The notes: a model not told the origin generated them from the sequence alone. Shown: positions 1 through 13,869, counted from the first letter of the whole stretch. The stretch: 63,296 bases of DNA, filler included, from Octopus bimaculoides (GCF_001194135.2; 3 parts of 3 records of this genome joined end to end with filler, not necessarily neighbours in it), one strand, 5' to 3'. A program made the numbers and translations.

Positions 1-390
1 GTAAAGATTTAGCAATAGAAAGAAGCAGATTAGAGGGAGAACTAGTGAGAAGAGGCTATTAATAAAGGCATCGCAACTAACATGTTAATAGGGAAAATGG
101 CCCTTGTCCATTTCTTTGAGGTGAAATATGAAGATTGCGTTGTCAGAGCTAAGATTCTTTTGCTAAAAAAACAAAGGAGTTAAAGCCGTCCGATGGGCCC
201 AAACAGCAGAGACGCAACGTTGAAGCAAAACCACGCTCAAGCCTTTGACGGATTAGGACGGACGCATGCTATTCGGTTCTGAGCAGATGTGTGCGCTTTC
301 CAGCAGCACGTTGCACAGCTGTTTGGGGAGGATGATGAGTCGATGACGTTAGTGGACTTTACTTCGTACCTGGACGGCCTACCAAGATTC
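1..390 (+). mobile_element. Tx1/L1-clade LINE ORF2 fragment (endonuclease-RT linker), decayed
   Basis: Broken frames give KYEDCVVRAKI, VKAVRWAKQQR and AFQQHVAQLFG...DFTSYLDGLPR, typical of the Tx1/L1 ORF2 linker. Confidence 0.5.
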
Positions 391-394
391 TAAA

Positions 395-690
395 ATACTT
401 GTGCCCATCATCATCTGGGTCTTCATTCTCTCTCCGTTTGGCAATTTTTTGCCCATACATTTTACTCTTTCCCCCCGTTTCAAAGTAAGCACCGCAAACT
501 TCGAGTTACGTACTTCCGTCACTATATCCTTGTTGCACATTAACACAGACTCAACACCAGCCTCTCCTTTTCAGACTCTGCTTTTGGCGAACATTTTAAA
601 ATCATTCATGAAGAGAAGGTGGTTGAGACGAGGTCCATTCTTTCTCAATTCATTGTGCCCGTTGATTTTGCGTAGGACTACAAAAAGTTC
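395..690 (-). mobile_element. R4/Dong-like non-LTR retrotransposon RT fragment
   Basis: Minus strand reads NGPRLNHLLFMNDFKMFAKS ... FAVLTLKRGERVK ... LPNGERMK ... GHKYFRIL, corresponding to NHLLFMDDLKLYAK...CAVL.LKRG...GYKYLGI. Confidence 0.65.
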
Positions 691-715
691 AAACCAATAT
701 TCTACACGATATTAC

Positions 716-763
<48 letters not shown>

Positions 764-1274
764 CAGTTAGAATGGACTCATGATGCGTAAAAATTTAACG
801 TATTGCTTCTTAAATATGGTAAATGCGATCAACCTAAGAGCCAGAAAGTTGAAATATAAAGAATCCACAAACTAGCAGCATATTTAAATATTGAAGAAAT
901 GTATGTGAACCAATAAGAGCTTGGAGAATGAAATGGGGTGGGCACCTACAGTGACATAGTATTAGAAATAATGACAAGAGGGAAAGCATTGATACAAAGA
1001 AGGAGTTAGAGTCATCAAAAGACCGAGAGAAAAGGATGTCAGTAGAATTCTCTGACGAACTTAGAAGAGAGGCGAGAAACAAAGGGGCAGTAGTGAGCTA
1101 TTAAGTGCATCATATTTTAGGGATACTAAACTCCCTGGAACCAGACTTGGCTTGCGATGTATTATTGGGGAGTTTATAGGTGAAGCGTCAATCTGTAATA
1201 TGCGGTCAAACAAATGATTTATCTGTCCACCTAAGGAAATATACACATACATATAAAACTCATAATCCCGACCA

Positions 1275-1329
<55 letters not shown>

Positions 1330-1335
<6 letters not shown>

Positions 1336-1490
1336 TCAAAACAGTTTGATTCAAATTCGTTGAGAATTAAGCGCGATGCAAGTCGTTAGCCATTTTGAAT
1401 TTGAATTCAAATTCAAACTGGCTGATGACTAGCATCGCGTTTGAAACTCAAAAGAACCAACGAATTTGAATGAAACTGTTCTGGTTCATA
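1330..1490. repeat. About 160 bp fold-back (hairpin MITE-like), TA at both ends
   Basis: TATGAATCAAAACAGTTT ... AAACTGTTCTGGTTCATA with central perfect palindrome TTTGAATTTGAATTCAAATTCAAA. Confidence 0.8.
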
Positions 1491-3170
1491 TAAGTTACTC
1501 TCAATAAATTGATTGAAGGCCTTCCTTTTGTTTGTCCACTTAAATATGACTTCGATTTGATTAGATTTGAAATATTTTCGATTAATATTGTTTAATATAT
1601 CATTCTATATTATGATATAAACAACTAGCCTTTTTCTTTGTTTATAGTATCGTTAATGTTTTTTTACTATGACCTAAGCTATATTAAGCTTAATATTTCA
1701 TTCATAATAATTTTTTCATTCATATTTTGATTTCTAATTAACCTCGAGTTTTGACTTTTACGTCTCAGTTTCAGTTTGAAATATAATAACATTTTGATTT
1801 GTATATTTTTTACTTTGTTTACGATGTTATATTATTATTTGGAATAAATAAATATTCTTGTATTTTTTTATTATTCAATTGGTTTTTAATGATAATTTTA
1901 ATGATAATTTTAATGATAATTTTAATTGATACCTCATTTAACACTAAATTATTTTGAAATTCGAGTACCATTTTAGCCTAATATAGAACTTTGATTTTAT
2001 TAAGGTTGAAATATTTTCGATTAATACTGTTTTTGCGATAAATTCCTAGTCTTTTTATGTTAATTTCCTATACGGAATATTTTCACTAGACGTCTTATAA
2101 ATAAATGTTTTTAATCATAAACGACCTAGCTTAAATATTGCATCATTTAAATATGTGCTAATAATATCTTTATTATTTTAAACTTAAACTTTGTTCAAAT
2201 TGTATTTTAAACTTAAACTTTGTTCAAATTGTATTTTAAACGAAAAAATTTGTGTTGTTGGTTTTTATATATAATATACTTATTAGATTATTTTATAATG
2301 GATGTAGGGTTGATTATTGAAAGGTTATTATTTTGATATTTTAATAATANNNNNNNNNNNNNNNNNNNNNNNNNNNNNNNNNNNNNNNNNNNNNNNNNNN
2401 NNNNNNNNNNNNNNNNNNNNNNNNNNNNNNNNNNNNNNNNNNNNNNNNNNNNNNNNNNNNNNNNNNNNNNNNNNNNNNNNNNNNNNNNNNNNNNNNNNNN
2501 NNNNNNNNNNNNNNNNNNNNNNNNNNNNNNNNNNNNNNNNNNNNNNNNNNNNNNNNNNNNNNNNNNNNNNNNNNNNNNNNNNNNNNNNNNNNNNNNNNNN
2601 NNNNNNNNNNNNNNNNNNNNNNNNNNNNNNNNNNNNNNNNNNNNNNNNNNNNNNNNNNNNNNNNNNNNNNNNNNNNNNNNNNNNNNNNNNNNNNNNNNNN
2701 NNNNNNNNNNNNNNNNNNNNNNNNNNNNNNNNNNNNNNNNNNNNNNNNNNNNNNNNNNNNNNNNNNNNNNNNNNNNNNNNNNNNNNNNNNNNNNNNNNNN
2801 NNNNNNNNNNNNNNNNNNNNNNNNNNNNNNNNNNNNNNNNNNNNNNNNNNNNNNNNNNNNNNNNNNNNNNNNNNNNNNNNNNNNNNNNNNNNNNNNNNNN
2901 NNNNNNNNNNNNNNNNNNNNNNNNNNNNNNNNNNNNNNNNNNNNNNNNNNNNNNNNNNNNNNNNNNNNNNNNNNNNNNNNNNNNNNNNNNNNNNNNNNNN
3001 NNNNNNNNNNNNNNNNNNNNNNNNNNNNNNNNNNNNNNNNNNNNNNNNNNNNNNNNNNNNNNNNNNNNNNNNNNNNNNNNNNNNNNNNNNNNNNNNNNNN
3101 NNNNNNNNNNNNNNNNNNNNNNNNNNNNNNNNNNNNNNNNNNNNNNNNNNNNNNNNNNNNNNNNNNNNNN

Positions 3171-3217
<47 letters not shown>

Positions 3218-4989
3218 GCTCTCTTTCTCTCTCTCTCTTTCTCTCTCAGTGATATTTTTGTTGCTTGTTTATTTCTCCGAAATCATAGCAACACATTTGA
3301 CCATCCTCTCTTGTTGGCAATGTGACCATCCAACACCGTTGCTGAGTGATATCCAATAGGCTGGAAAGGGGCACACACAAGGCCTCCTTAAATATGGGAA
3401 CATGATTTAGTTCGACAATTGGGGTCAAAATGGATAAGAATTATGCAATCAAGAAAGAGCTCATTGTGACCAGCCTGAAGCGAAGTATAGCAACATTTAA
3501 TAATCTGGTCGATACAGTGATATACTCTCCCCCTTCTCCCATTTAAGAACATCAACATCATCGTCAAAGTCATCCTGTTCCATGCTGGAGTCGTGATCCT
3601 GTGTGCTTTGGCATGTTTGATACTGCATGATACTCTTCTAATGCTTACCATCTTTCAACATATACTGGGTGTATTTTTCATTCCACCAACACAAGTGGGA
3701 CTACCATGTTTCTTACAAGATTATGAACACCAAGGTGGGACAAGTTTATCCGAGAAGAAAGAGTTGAAAGGAGTAAAGAATGAGAGAAAAGCGTCGGAGC
3801 AGCAAAAGATTGCTGCTATAAAGGAGTTACATGACTCCTCGTATTTTAGAAGAGAGGATGGAAGTAATCGGGTGGAGTAGGAGAGTAAAAAAAGGATAGG
3901 TGTGATGAGGTGTCAGGTTGAGCATTGACGGTAGGAGGTGGGTAGGAAAGAATGGGGAGTAGGGATATGTTTTAATGCAGAACCACAGAAAAGAAATGGT
4001 GATACTGTAAAAAGGCGAAGGAAGAGAGAGGGAGAGAGAGAGAGATGACATGCTGTTGGGTAAGTTGGAGGAGTGGATGGGGGAGAGAAAGAGGAAGAAC
4101 AGTGTACAGGAAAAGTGAGTGGTATGGTCGTGGGTGAGGGGAGATAAACTGGAGGCACAGTGAGGTTAGAGAAGGGGCAAGGATTGAAAGTATGGGTGGA
4201 GAGAGGAGTAGTAAAGGATGAAGGGTAGATAAATAGACAAGTGATTCTGGGTAGAAAAACAGTGGTATGAAAGAAGAACTGATGCTAGGGAGGTGATGGG
4301 TGGTGGTGAGTGTCTTGAAAAGGAGGGAAACTGAGTGAAGGATCTAGTTGTGCATATCGCCAATCATCTTGATCCCATGTAATCTCCTCCATATTGTCCA
4401 AGATTCTGAGATCAACATCCAATCTCTTCCATGAAGCTGAAAGTCCTGTGATTGGTGCTACACACACATGCACAAAGACACACACACACGCACACACATA
4501 CACACACAGGCATATTTCTGGGTGCACGTGTCATTGTGTATTATGTATGAATATATACACACACATACAAATATACATACATACATACATACTTTCATAC
4601 ATACATACATACATACATACATGCACACATACCCATTGACAGGCCACTGGTATTTATAGTGTCAAACATCTTCGGTATGCAAATTAGGGACTCCTTCATG
4701 GAGTAACTGCTGCATTTGCTGAGTATATAAACAGTTTGGATGCTTGTTTCTCTGTAGGCTGTCAGAATAGTATGGATGCCTCTCATGTGAACCCAACAAA
4801 GATCGAAAATCTACTATTTTATTCAGTCTCCGGAGAAATTAAAATTTGCCCCTACTAGTGTGAGATATGATAGAGTTCTACTTACTGCAAAAATAGCAGA
4901 TGGCTCTACCAGTCTGAAGAATAATAGCTTGGTCTACCGGTATAAAAGATAGCAACTAGTCGTATCAATGTGAGAAAATATATGAAATT

Positions 4990-5520
4990 ATTCATAAACA
5001 GAATATACAGCGTTGATTTTAAGCTAATCTACTGGTGAAATTCTCAATAAATCATTCATCATAATTCAGAACTATTCAAGAATATTTTAAGATTAAAAAA
5101 AAACTTACATGTTTGTGTTTCTGACCAGATGCCTGAGCCATTTCTTGACGTTCTGGTCTGCAAAATCAATAAATGGTAAAATTCCAGGTTAATAAAATTA
5201 ATTGTTAAGATGTGTATAAAGATAAATATTTAAGTCTTTAGCTGTGAACGTCGAATAGAAAAGTTTTGTTATTGCATGGAAATAAATCGAGACAATGGAG
5301 AAGAAACTCAGGTTTAAGAAATAAAATGACAAGTGAAAAGTTATGCACAGAAAGAATGATTCAGTAACAGATGAAGGGTGAGAGACAAACAAAGATAAAA
5401 GGAAGCTATAAGAAATTAAGAGAGAATTTAAAAAGAGGCAATTTCTCAGAGAGGCAAATAGAAATATACTGAAAAGTCTAAAAATGGCAGAAAAGGTGGA
5501 GAAACCAAATGTAACAGAAG
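4990..5520 (+). mobile_element. Possible Penelope-like RT fragment, heavily decayed
   Basis: PFLDVLVCK motif at about 5140-5165 resembles the PLE RT PFLD motif; remainder is poorly readable. Confidence 0.3.
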
Positions 5521-5593
5521 CAAGTGATAAACAATAGGAACAATAGGAATTATACCTTAAAAATTATTCTATTCTCACACACACACACGCACA

Positions 5594-5636
<43 letters not shown>

Positions 5637-6777
5637 GTATATATATATATATATATATATAACGAAAGAGGAGGTGTTTCCATGCATGAATGAAAATATA
5701 GGCAAATTTGTTGTGCATTTTCAACAACAAATTTGCCTATATTTAATAAAAAAAACGGGCAAAAAAGACAAGAAAAGCAACAGCGCTTGGACGTGGTACA
5801 TGCAAATTGTTAATAAGACGCTCACAGAAGGAAAGAAAGAAAGGGTATTTTACGTTTCGAGCAGAGGTTTTTTTTCAGAAACGGGAGGTAGAGTAAAATA
5901 CAAGAGAAAAGGAAGACGGTGGGAAAATAAGGATTCACATAGAATCGGGTACTTGAAAAGATATGTACCAGATAGGATTGGATAAACTGTGGTTCCGGTC
6001 TATGATTGATAAGTATCAAATAGGCTATTCTGGTTGCGCACACAGAGAAACCTAACCTTATGAATATTTAGGACCTAGGAGCTGGTCAAAAATACGTGTT
6101 ATGTTGAATTGTACGTAGTTGGTATACGCTATGGTGTCTGACGAGTCGTAATTTTCCTCAGTGGATTATAATCAAATGAATAATAACAGACGATGGATAA
6201 ATGTCAGCTCATTACAGCTGTTTTTTATGCATTTTTTAACAGAAAATGAGAATTTTACTTCATTAGAAAAAATCTGTAATTATCAGAGGAAACATAAGTT
6301 TACAAACATAAGAATATCACAATGATACGGAACAAAATGTGNNNNNNNNNNNNNNNNNNNNNNNNNNNNNNNNNNNNNNNNNNNNNNNNNNNNNNNNNNN
6401 NNNNNNNNNNNNNNNNNNNNNNNNNNNNNNNNNNNNNNNNNNNNNNNNNNNNNNNNNNNNNNNNNNNNNNNNNNNNNNNNNNNNNNNNNNNNNNNNNNNN
6501 NNNNNNNNNNNNNNNNNNNNNNNNNNNNNNNNNNNNNNNNNNNNNNNNNNNNNNNNNNNNNNNNNNNNNNNNNNNNNNNNNNNNNNNNNNNNNNNNNNNN
6601 NNNNNNNNNNNNNNNNNNNNNNNNNNNNNNNNNNNNNNNNNNNNNNNNNNNNNNNNNNNNNNNNNNNNNNNNNNNNNNNNNNNNNNNNNNNNNNNNNNNN
6701 NNNNNNNNNNNNNNNNNNNNNNNNNNNNNNNNNNNNNNNNNNNNNNNNNNNNNNNNNNNNNNNNNNNNNNNNNNNNN

Positions 6778-7273
6778 TAGATGTGTTAGGAATCATAAAC
6801 CAAACTTCCTAATTTTTCCTTTTTATCAATGTTACCAGAACACTTCAGTGCAGCAAAGACTACATAAAGAGGCAACTTTCAGTAATAAATATCAACCATA
6901 AATTAACATGAGCACAGAACTTAATACAGGACAACACTAACCTTACTAATACCAATAATCCCACTAATCCTCATACATCTCATATACCATTCATACCCTA
7001 TCAATCATATTAATCTAGCTGCATCACTTTCAAAACTGCTTACCTCCCTTACATACAGATCTATCGCTCAGGTACTATTAGACCCAACAGCGTTTGGAAA
7101 TCGGTGTTGATTCAAAGTCAGTGAACAGCGATGATGAAATCGGTATGGTTTTCTATATTGACACATGATAAGGATTTTTTTACTTCTTAATTCTACCTCA
7201 AATCATTTATTTGTATGTATATATCTTTGTTTTTATAAAAAGAACCATTACTTTTATATCTAGTGTGCATTTT
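6778..7273 (+). repeat. 5' pseudo-LTR copy of the Penelope-like element
   Basis: Aligns by eye along its length with 10469-10964 (atgtg(t/c)taggaatcataaaccaaacttcct ... ctagtgtgcatttt). Confidence 0.85.
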
Positions 7274-10200
7274 CTTTGTTTCTTTTCACTTTTCCCCTAT
7301 TTATACCACCTGTAGTCTTTTTTCTTTGAAACTTGTATCCATTATACTTTACCACACGTGAGTTTGAAAATGCCCGAGAAATCAAAACACTCAGTTAAAT
7401 CTTCAACGACGTTACATTAAAAGACCCGAAAGAGATCAATTGAAATTTGAGACTCCTAATTAGCAAAATTGATTAAATTAACCGATTTACACAAGTGGCA
7501 AAGGAAAAAGAATAGAAAGGACATTTTAAGGAACAAGTCAATCAATATTTGACTTGATTAGGTATCATTGTACAACCGTCGCCTTTTAATACATGTATAA
7601 AATGAAAATCCTCATGCAAACGATACATATGATAGAACCTTCCCCTCCCCATTAACTCAATCAATTAAAAACCGCATTATCCATTTCTGGAACAAGAACC
7701 TTAAAGCTCGAATAATATTCTCATTCTGGAATAAGTGGAAATATATGAACGCTGGTTAAATTCTACTTCACTAATCCTACTACGTAAATTTCAAATTAAA
7801 CCGGTACTAAAGTAGCAGGACCAACAAAAAGCAACTAAAGGAGAAATTGGCGTTCGAACAAATTAAGACAGAAATCGAACTCCTCATACTCAGATCTTTA
7901 ACAAAATAAAAAAACAATTATAAAACATAGATGTGGAAATATATACCGAGTTAAGTAAACCTTCTGATGGACAACTCTTGGATAGTGTTTCCGAAATATG
8001 GAAAACAATATGTGAAGTTGAAGAAACCAATTCCGTACAACGCTGGGAAAAGCAAGGTAATTATTACTAAAACTATGAATCACAGTTCAACACAGAAAAC
8101 ATGTCGGATAACACCTTCCTGAAGAAAAAGAAAGCGAAAACTCACACAGAAATGACCTCACATTTTCCTAACTCAAACTGCAGATAATCTTGGGGATACA
8201 ACTCCACTAACCCTTCCCAGCTTTTGCCAGCAAACAGTTTTCACGCGACTAATAGAAAATCCGGCCGCAATTTTAAAGGTCCCTTTACACAAANNNNNNN
8301 NNNNNNNNNNNNNNNNNNNNNNNNNNNNNNNNNNNNNNNNNNNNNNNNNNNNNNNNNNNNNNNNNNNNNNNNNNNNNNNNNNNNNNNNNNNNNNNNNNNN
8401 NNNNNNNNNNNNNNNNNNNNNNNNNNNNNNNNNNNNNNNNNNNNNNNNNNNNNNNNNNNNNNNNNNNNNNNNNNNNNNNNNNNNNNNNNNNNNNNNNNNN
8501 NNNNNNNNNNNNNNNNNNNNNNNNNNNNNNNNNNNNNNNNNNNNNNNNNNNNNNNNNNNNNNNNNNNNNNNNNNNNNNNNNNNNNNNNNNNNNNNNNNNN
8601 NNNNNNNNNNNNNNNNNNNNNNNNNNNNNNNNNNNNNNNNNNNNNNNNNNNNNNNNNNNNNNNNNNNNNNNNNNNNNNNNNNNNNNNNNNNNNNNNNNNN
8701 NNNNNNNNNNNNNNNNNNNNNNNNNNNNNNNNNNNNNNNNNNNNNNNNNNNNNNNNNNNNNNNNNNNNNNNNNNNNNNNNNNNNNNNNNNNNNNNNNNNN
8801 NNNNNNNNNNNNNNNNNNNNNNNNNNNNNNNNNNNNNNNNNNNNNNNNNNNNNNNNNNNNNNNNNNNNNNNNNNNNNNNNNNNNNNNNNNNNNNNNNNNT
8901 GGAACAAAATATGCATGAACAACCGAAAGTAATCAACCTATCAAAGAAAATCCTAAGTAGTACACAAACTAATATTTTAGTAATAGGTTTGAAGTTTACA
9001 CCAATACGTCGCAGATCGAACCCAAATGAAATCAACGATAACACTATGGACTTTTGCTGAAAATTGCGTTTCATACAAGCACTTCATAACTACAACAGTG
9101 ACAAACGAAAGCGAATACTTTCCATCGAAAGACAGAAATAAAGGACTTGATGACTTTTATGAACACATTACCAATTTTCCATTTAATGCCCTACAAAAAC
9201 AAAAACATTACTCCAGTCTCAACACAAAGAAAGGAAAAACCTAATTGAGTTCAAAAATGATACAAACGTAATCATTAAAGGGCGCATTAAAGGAAGTGCG
9301 GTAGTAGTGATGGACACAGAGTACAATATCAATTCAGTACTCTCCTTCTGGAAAACGATACTTACTGTGAGATGATAGAGTACTATAACCCGAAGAAGAC
9401 ACTTAAAAACGTATCCTTCTTAATTCAAATACGTGTAAAGGGCCTCCCTAAAAAGAAATTGATTATTTATCCAAGATTCATGAAGCCTATGCATTAATAT
9501 TCCTCTTCCTACTGACCTCAAAACTAAGACATTTTGAAACTCGCCGTTTGAACAATTTCCTCGACAGTTTAAACCATTTTTTAAAAAATACGTTAAAAGC
9601 TTCATCAAGAATGATTTAGACATGCTTAACGACCTCCCGAAACAATAAATGAAGGAACCCTCTTAGTATCATTGGATGTGTTGAACTTGTGCATCAAAAT
9701 CCCGCACCATCATGATATAAAAGCAATCATCTAGCTATAAAAATTCCCAGAAGAGATCCCAGGACGCATCAACCACAGCTTCATAATCCCAGCACTGAAA
9801 TTTATCCTCCAGAACAACTACTTCATGTTGGATACAGTTTACTATCAACAAAAATGTGGAATTGCAATGGGCCCTCGTGCTGCCCCATTGATTGCGAACT
9901 TTGTAATCTAGAACATAAAATATACAAATTATCACAACAAACATATGGTACCTCAAAGGAATTAGACATAGGAGTATTAAGAGAAGCTACACCAAATTTA
10001 TACTACACCAAATTTAAAAGTACCCCTATACATCTTCACACATAACCCCAGAAACAATGAGGCATTCAACATCATCATCCAAAATTTCCCCATTCCCACT
10101 GGGGATAAAACAATGTAGGAAATTTTGGGCTCACACAAAATTATCAAAAGCAAAATGCAACCGAAATCATTGAAAAACTTATAACCGGCGCAAGATTATA

Positions 10201-10468
10201 TCCTTTAACAACGGGACCAAAAGTGAAAAATGGGGGTGGCCTAACTGAGACTCATGCCCCCAACGTTCGGAGGGTACAGAATTTCACTTTAAACGAGGTG
10301 AAATATTTAAGATAAAGTGACATTTCACTTGTGCTTCTGCAAACCAAATCTATATTATTACCTGCTTAGGTTGCCAAAACCACTTTATAGGACAAATACG
10401 AAGAACAACGCTTCAAAAACAACAAATCAGCTTCCCACAATATAGACACTAACAGGTGAGCACATAGG

Positions 10469-10964
10469 TAGATGTGCTAGGAATCATAAACCAAACTTCC
10501 TAATTTTCCGCTTTTATCAATGCTCCTAGAACACCTCAATGTAGTAAAGACTAAATAAAGAGGCAACTTTCATTCATAAATATCAACCATAACTTAACAT
10601 GAACACACAGCTTAATACAGGACTCTACTAACCTTACTAATACCAGTAATCCAGCTAATCCTCATATATCTTAAATACCATTCATACTCTTTCAATCATA
10701 TTAATCAAATTACATCACTTTCAGAACTGCTTACCTCCCTTTCATACAGATCTTTCGCTCCGGTTCTATTAGACCCAACAACGTTTGGAAATTGATGTTG
10801 ATTCAAAGTCAGTGAACAGCGATGATGAAACCGGTATGACTTTCTATAATGACTCATCATAAGGATTTTTATATTTCTTAATTCTACTTCAAATCATTTA
10901 TTTGTATGTATATATCTTTGTTCTTATAAAAAGAACCATTTCGTTTATACCTAGTGTGCATTTT
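10469..10964 (+). repeat. 3' pseudo-LTR copy of the Penelope-like element
   Basis: Direct repeat of 6778-7273. Confidence 0.85.
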
Positions 10965-12429
10965 CCCCTATATATATATCTTATTTTCTCTTTCTTATTC
11001 TTTTACGTCCTCTTTTCCCACTGTTCTATCCTATTACTCTGTCACTCTCTCCTTCACTCCTCCTTCCTTGCTCACGTAGCTGCCATGTGATCATCGGACA
11101 TATTTCATACTTTCTTTCCGTTGTAGCTGGAACAAGGAAGACGTGTTCTTGTTTGTTTCCTATCCTAACTCGATTTACGCGTTCGCCACCACAACTTCGT
11201 TTAGGATAAGCAGCCCTTCCTATTTGTTTTCACTGTCTTGTTTGTGTTACCTATTTTGACCATCCGCAAAATCCCAAATTTTACTTAATTTGCCTTGCGG
11301 GAGCAACTACTTTATCGAAAGCCTATATTGTTGTTAAAAGCTCGAAATTCGAGAATAGAGAAACAGCCAACAACTGATGAAGGGTCGTTCTGTATGTTTG
11401 TTTTGTTTTCCATTTGTGTCTTTCGTTGTTCGAAAGAATAGTTCATGTTGCATGCACACGTGCTTCGTATTTTTGTACACGTTTTATGACGTCCTGTGCC
11501 CACAGACTTAGAGTGAAAGTCTTTCCAGTCATGACCATCCTGCCTTATGTTTAGACAGTACATTTATGACTGACTTCATGTTCTTCTTTTGTAAGATGGC
11601 AGGATGTGGATATCATAGTCCTAGATGCCCTGTGTCTACAAAGAAATGGAATAAGCATTGATAAAATATTGATTGTCATAAGTTAGTTTGATGTGAACTG
11701 ACCGAGAGTTAAACGACAACAACAACAACATCATGCACAATCTCATTCATATTTTGTACACATAATTCTTCTGATTTTCTTGCTTTCAGTACTTACCTGT
11801 TTCTTTTTTCTATTACCTGTATTTTCAAATGTGAAGTCGTTTTTGTCTTCAAATTCTTTCTAGTTAATTTGAATTTTCTTTCATCTAAAAATACAAAAAT
11901 TAAGTTTTAAATGAAAGTTAATAAAATTAAAGGAACCTCTCTGTATTTATAATAATTTTAAACTTAAATTTAAAAGAAATTTCTGGCTTTATATTTCTTA
12001 ATCCATTTTATCTTTCCTCTTTAAATAACTGAATCCCTAAGATGCTAATGTCATGAAGTGAGGGGTGGGGTAATTACAATCAATTGAATCAATACCATTG
12101 ACTGATTGCTATTTATTATATTGACTAAAGTAGGACGAAAGGCAAACTAAATGATGGGATTTAAATTCATAATACTAGGCATTTAATCTGGTGCTCAGAA
12201 AACTTACATACCCAATACTTTCATAATATTAATAATATTAATGATGTCTGCACAAGGCCACAAAATTGAGAATGTAATTAAGTCAATTCACTATTTAAAT
12301 TCTGGGAAATGGAGAGGTGAGATTTTAAACTAAGAATGTAAAGACGTGTAACTGAATGCAAACATTTTTTTATATTTCTCTTTATATAAACTGGAAAGGA
12401 CAGAAATACAAAGACAATTACATCCTAGA

Positions 12430-13330
12430 GACAGTGTTCATAAGTTAAGCCTACCATGGAACAAAGGAAGGAGAGGTTTGATATTGATAGAAAATTGCAT
12501 GGAGATGGCAGGATATGATATAGAAAAGTAAGAGAGAAGACACTTTGCAGATTGTGAAAGAATACAAGAAAAGAAGAAAACAGAAGCATGAAAGATACAA
12601 CTGGTGAAAAGAGTTACATGGTAAGCATTTCAGACGAAGGTAGGATGTTGCAGCAGATAAATCGTGGTTATGGTTGAATAATGGAGAACTCAAAGAACAA
12701 ATGGAAGGCCTCATTGTGGCTGCTCAAATTCAGTCATTACAAACGAATGTCATTAAAGCAAGAATAGACAGAACCATGGAAAGCGTTTAGTGCAGAATGT
12801 GTAACGAGAATGGTGAGTCAATTCTGCACATAATACGTACTGGAGTTCTTTTTTCCCAGAAAGAGGATAAATGCAGGCACGATTACTTCAAAGAGGCTTT
12901 GAATTAAGTGGGGAATCGTACCAACAACGACCAGACAGTGTGATAGAGAATGAGCAGTTTAAGGTATTATGGGTAAAGCAGATCATGAAATTCAAGAAAG
13001 ACGAACAGATATTATCATGATGGATAAAGTTTTCAAAGAGCGTGTCATCCCAGATGTGGTTGTGTCTGAATGTAACAGTTGAAACAAGAAAAAAACGGAA
13101 GAACAAAAAGAAAATGCCAAGATTGATCAAGAGAAATTCAATAACTCTGGAGGGTTTCTTCAAAAGTTATCCCAGTAGTTATAGGCGCCCTAGGTACTGA
13201 TATCAATAAACTTGGTAGTTTCTTATTGAAGTTGGAGAAAATACGAAAATTGGATTAATACAGAAATCTGTTATATTAGAATTTGCAACGATTGTTCAAA
13301 AGGTCCTCAATACCAAATGAACAGTAGTGA
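12430..13330 (+). mobile_element. R4/Dong-like LINE 3' part (zinc knuckle plus restriction-like endonuclease), decayed
   Basis: LHGKHFRR, DKSWLWLNNGELKEQMEGLIVAAQIQSLQTNVIKARID, CRMCNE, DIIMMDK and PVVIGALG motifs across frameshifts. Confidence 0.8.
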
Positions 13331-13869
13331 CCTGATATTCAAATGTAATACATTTGTGCATACCTTTAAATAAAGATAATTCTTTCTAATACGGGTACAA
13401 GGCCTGAAATTTTGGGGAACGGAGTAGTCTTTTACATCGACCCTAGTGCTCAACTGACACTTACATTCAACGACTCTGAAAGTATGAAAGCCAAAGTCAA
13501 CCTCAGCAGAATCTGAACTCAGAATGTAAAGATGAGTGAAATACTGCTAAGCATTTTGTCCAGCATGCTAATGACTCTGCCAGCTTGCAGCCTTAGATAA
13601 TGTTACCCACCACACTACTAATTCAACAAATAGCGATAATAATAATTCTAATTTTCACACAAGTCCAGCAAGGAGAATAAGAGTTAGTATGATCGACTTC
13701 AGTACCTGACTAGTACTTTATATTTTCAGCCCTTAAAATATGAAAGACAAAGTTGACTGTGACAGGATTTGAAATCAGAATATAAAAACCCGGAACAAAA
13801 AAAGCAAAATATTTTTTCTCACATTCTAACTATTCCATTGGTAGGAACTCTGTGGAAATCACGGCCTAC

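Larger units (their letters stand above)
6778..10965 (+). mobile_element. Penelope-like element (Neptune-type), near full length, decayed, with ~495 bp flanking direct repeats (pseudo-LTRs)
   Basis: Motifs VINLSKKIL...GLKFTP, IIKGRIKGSAVVVMD, LSKIHE, CGIAMGPRAAPLIANF and the GIY-YIG-like NQIYIITCLGCQNHFIGQ. Direct repeats at 6778-7273 and 10469-10964 contain the endonuclease C-terminus plus 3' UTR. Confidence 0.85.

Noticed and set aside
2317-3252. Long ORFs spanning N-runs (also 6317-6812, 8173-9074, 18197-19615, 48437-48867, 61585-62443)
   Set aside because: They are open only because N codons contain no stops
3250-3700. Possible mariner or LINE relic on the minus strand (LKWE...YRPD, LPTR...CC..FGE)
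   Set aside because: Similarity is too weak and fragmented to assign by eye
11360-11400. CTGATGAAGGG motif as a hammerhead core (also at about 18540)
   Set aside because: No closing helix II or GAAA follows; it is a shared repeat fragment only
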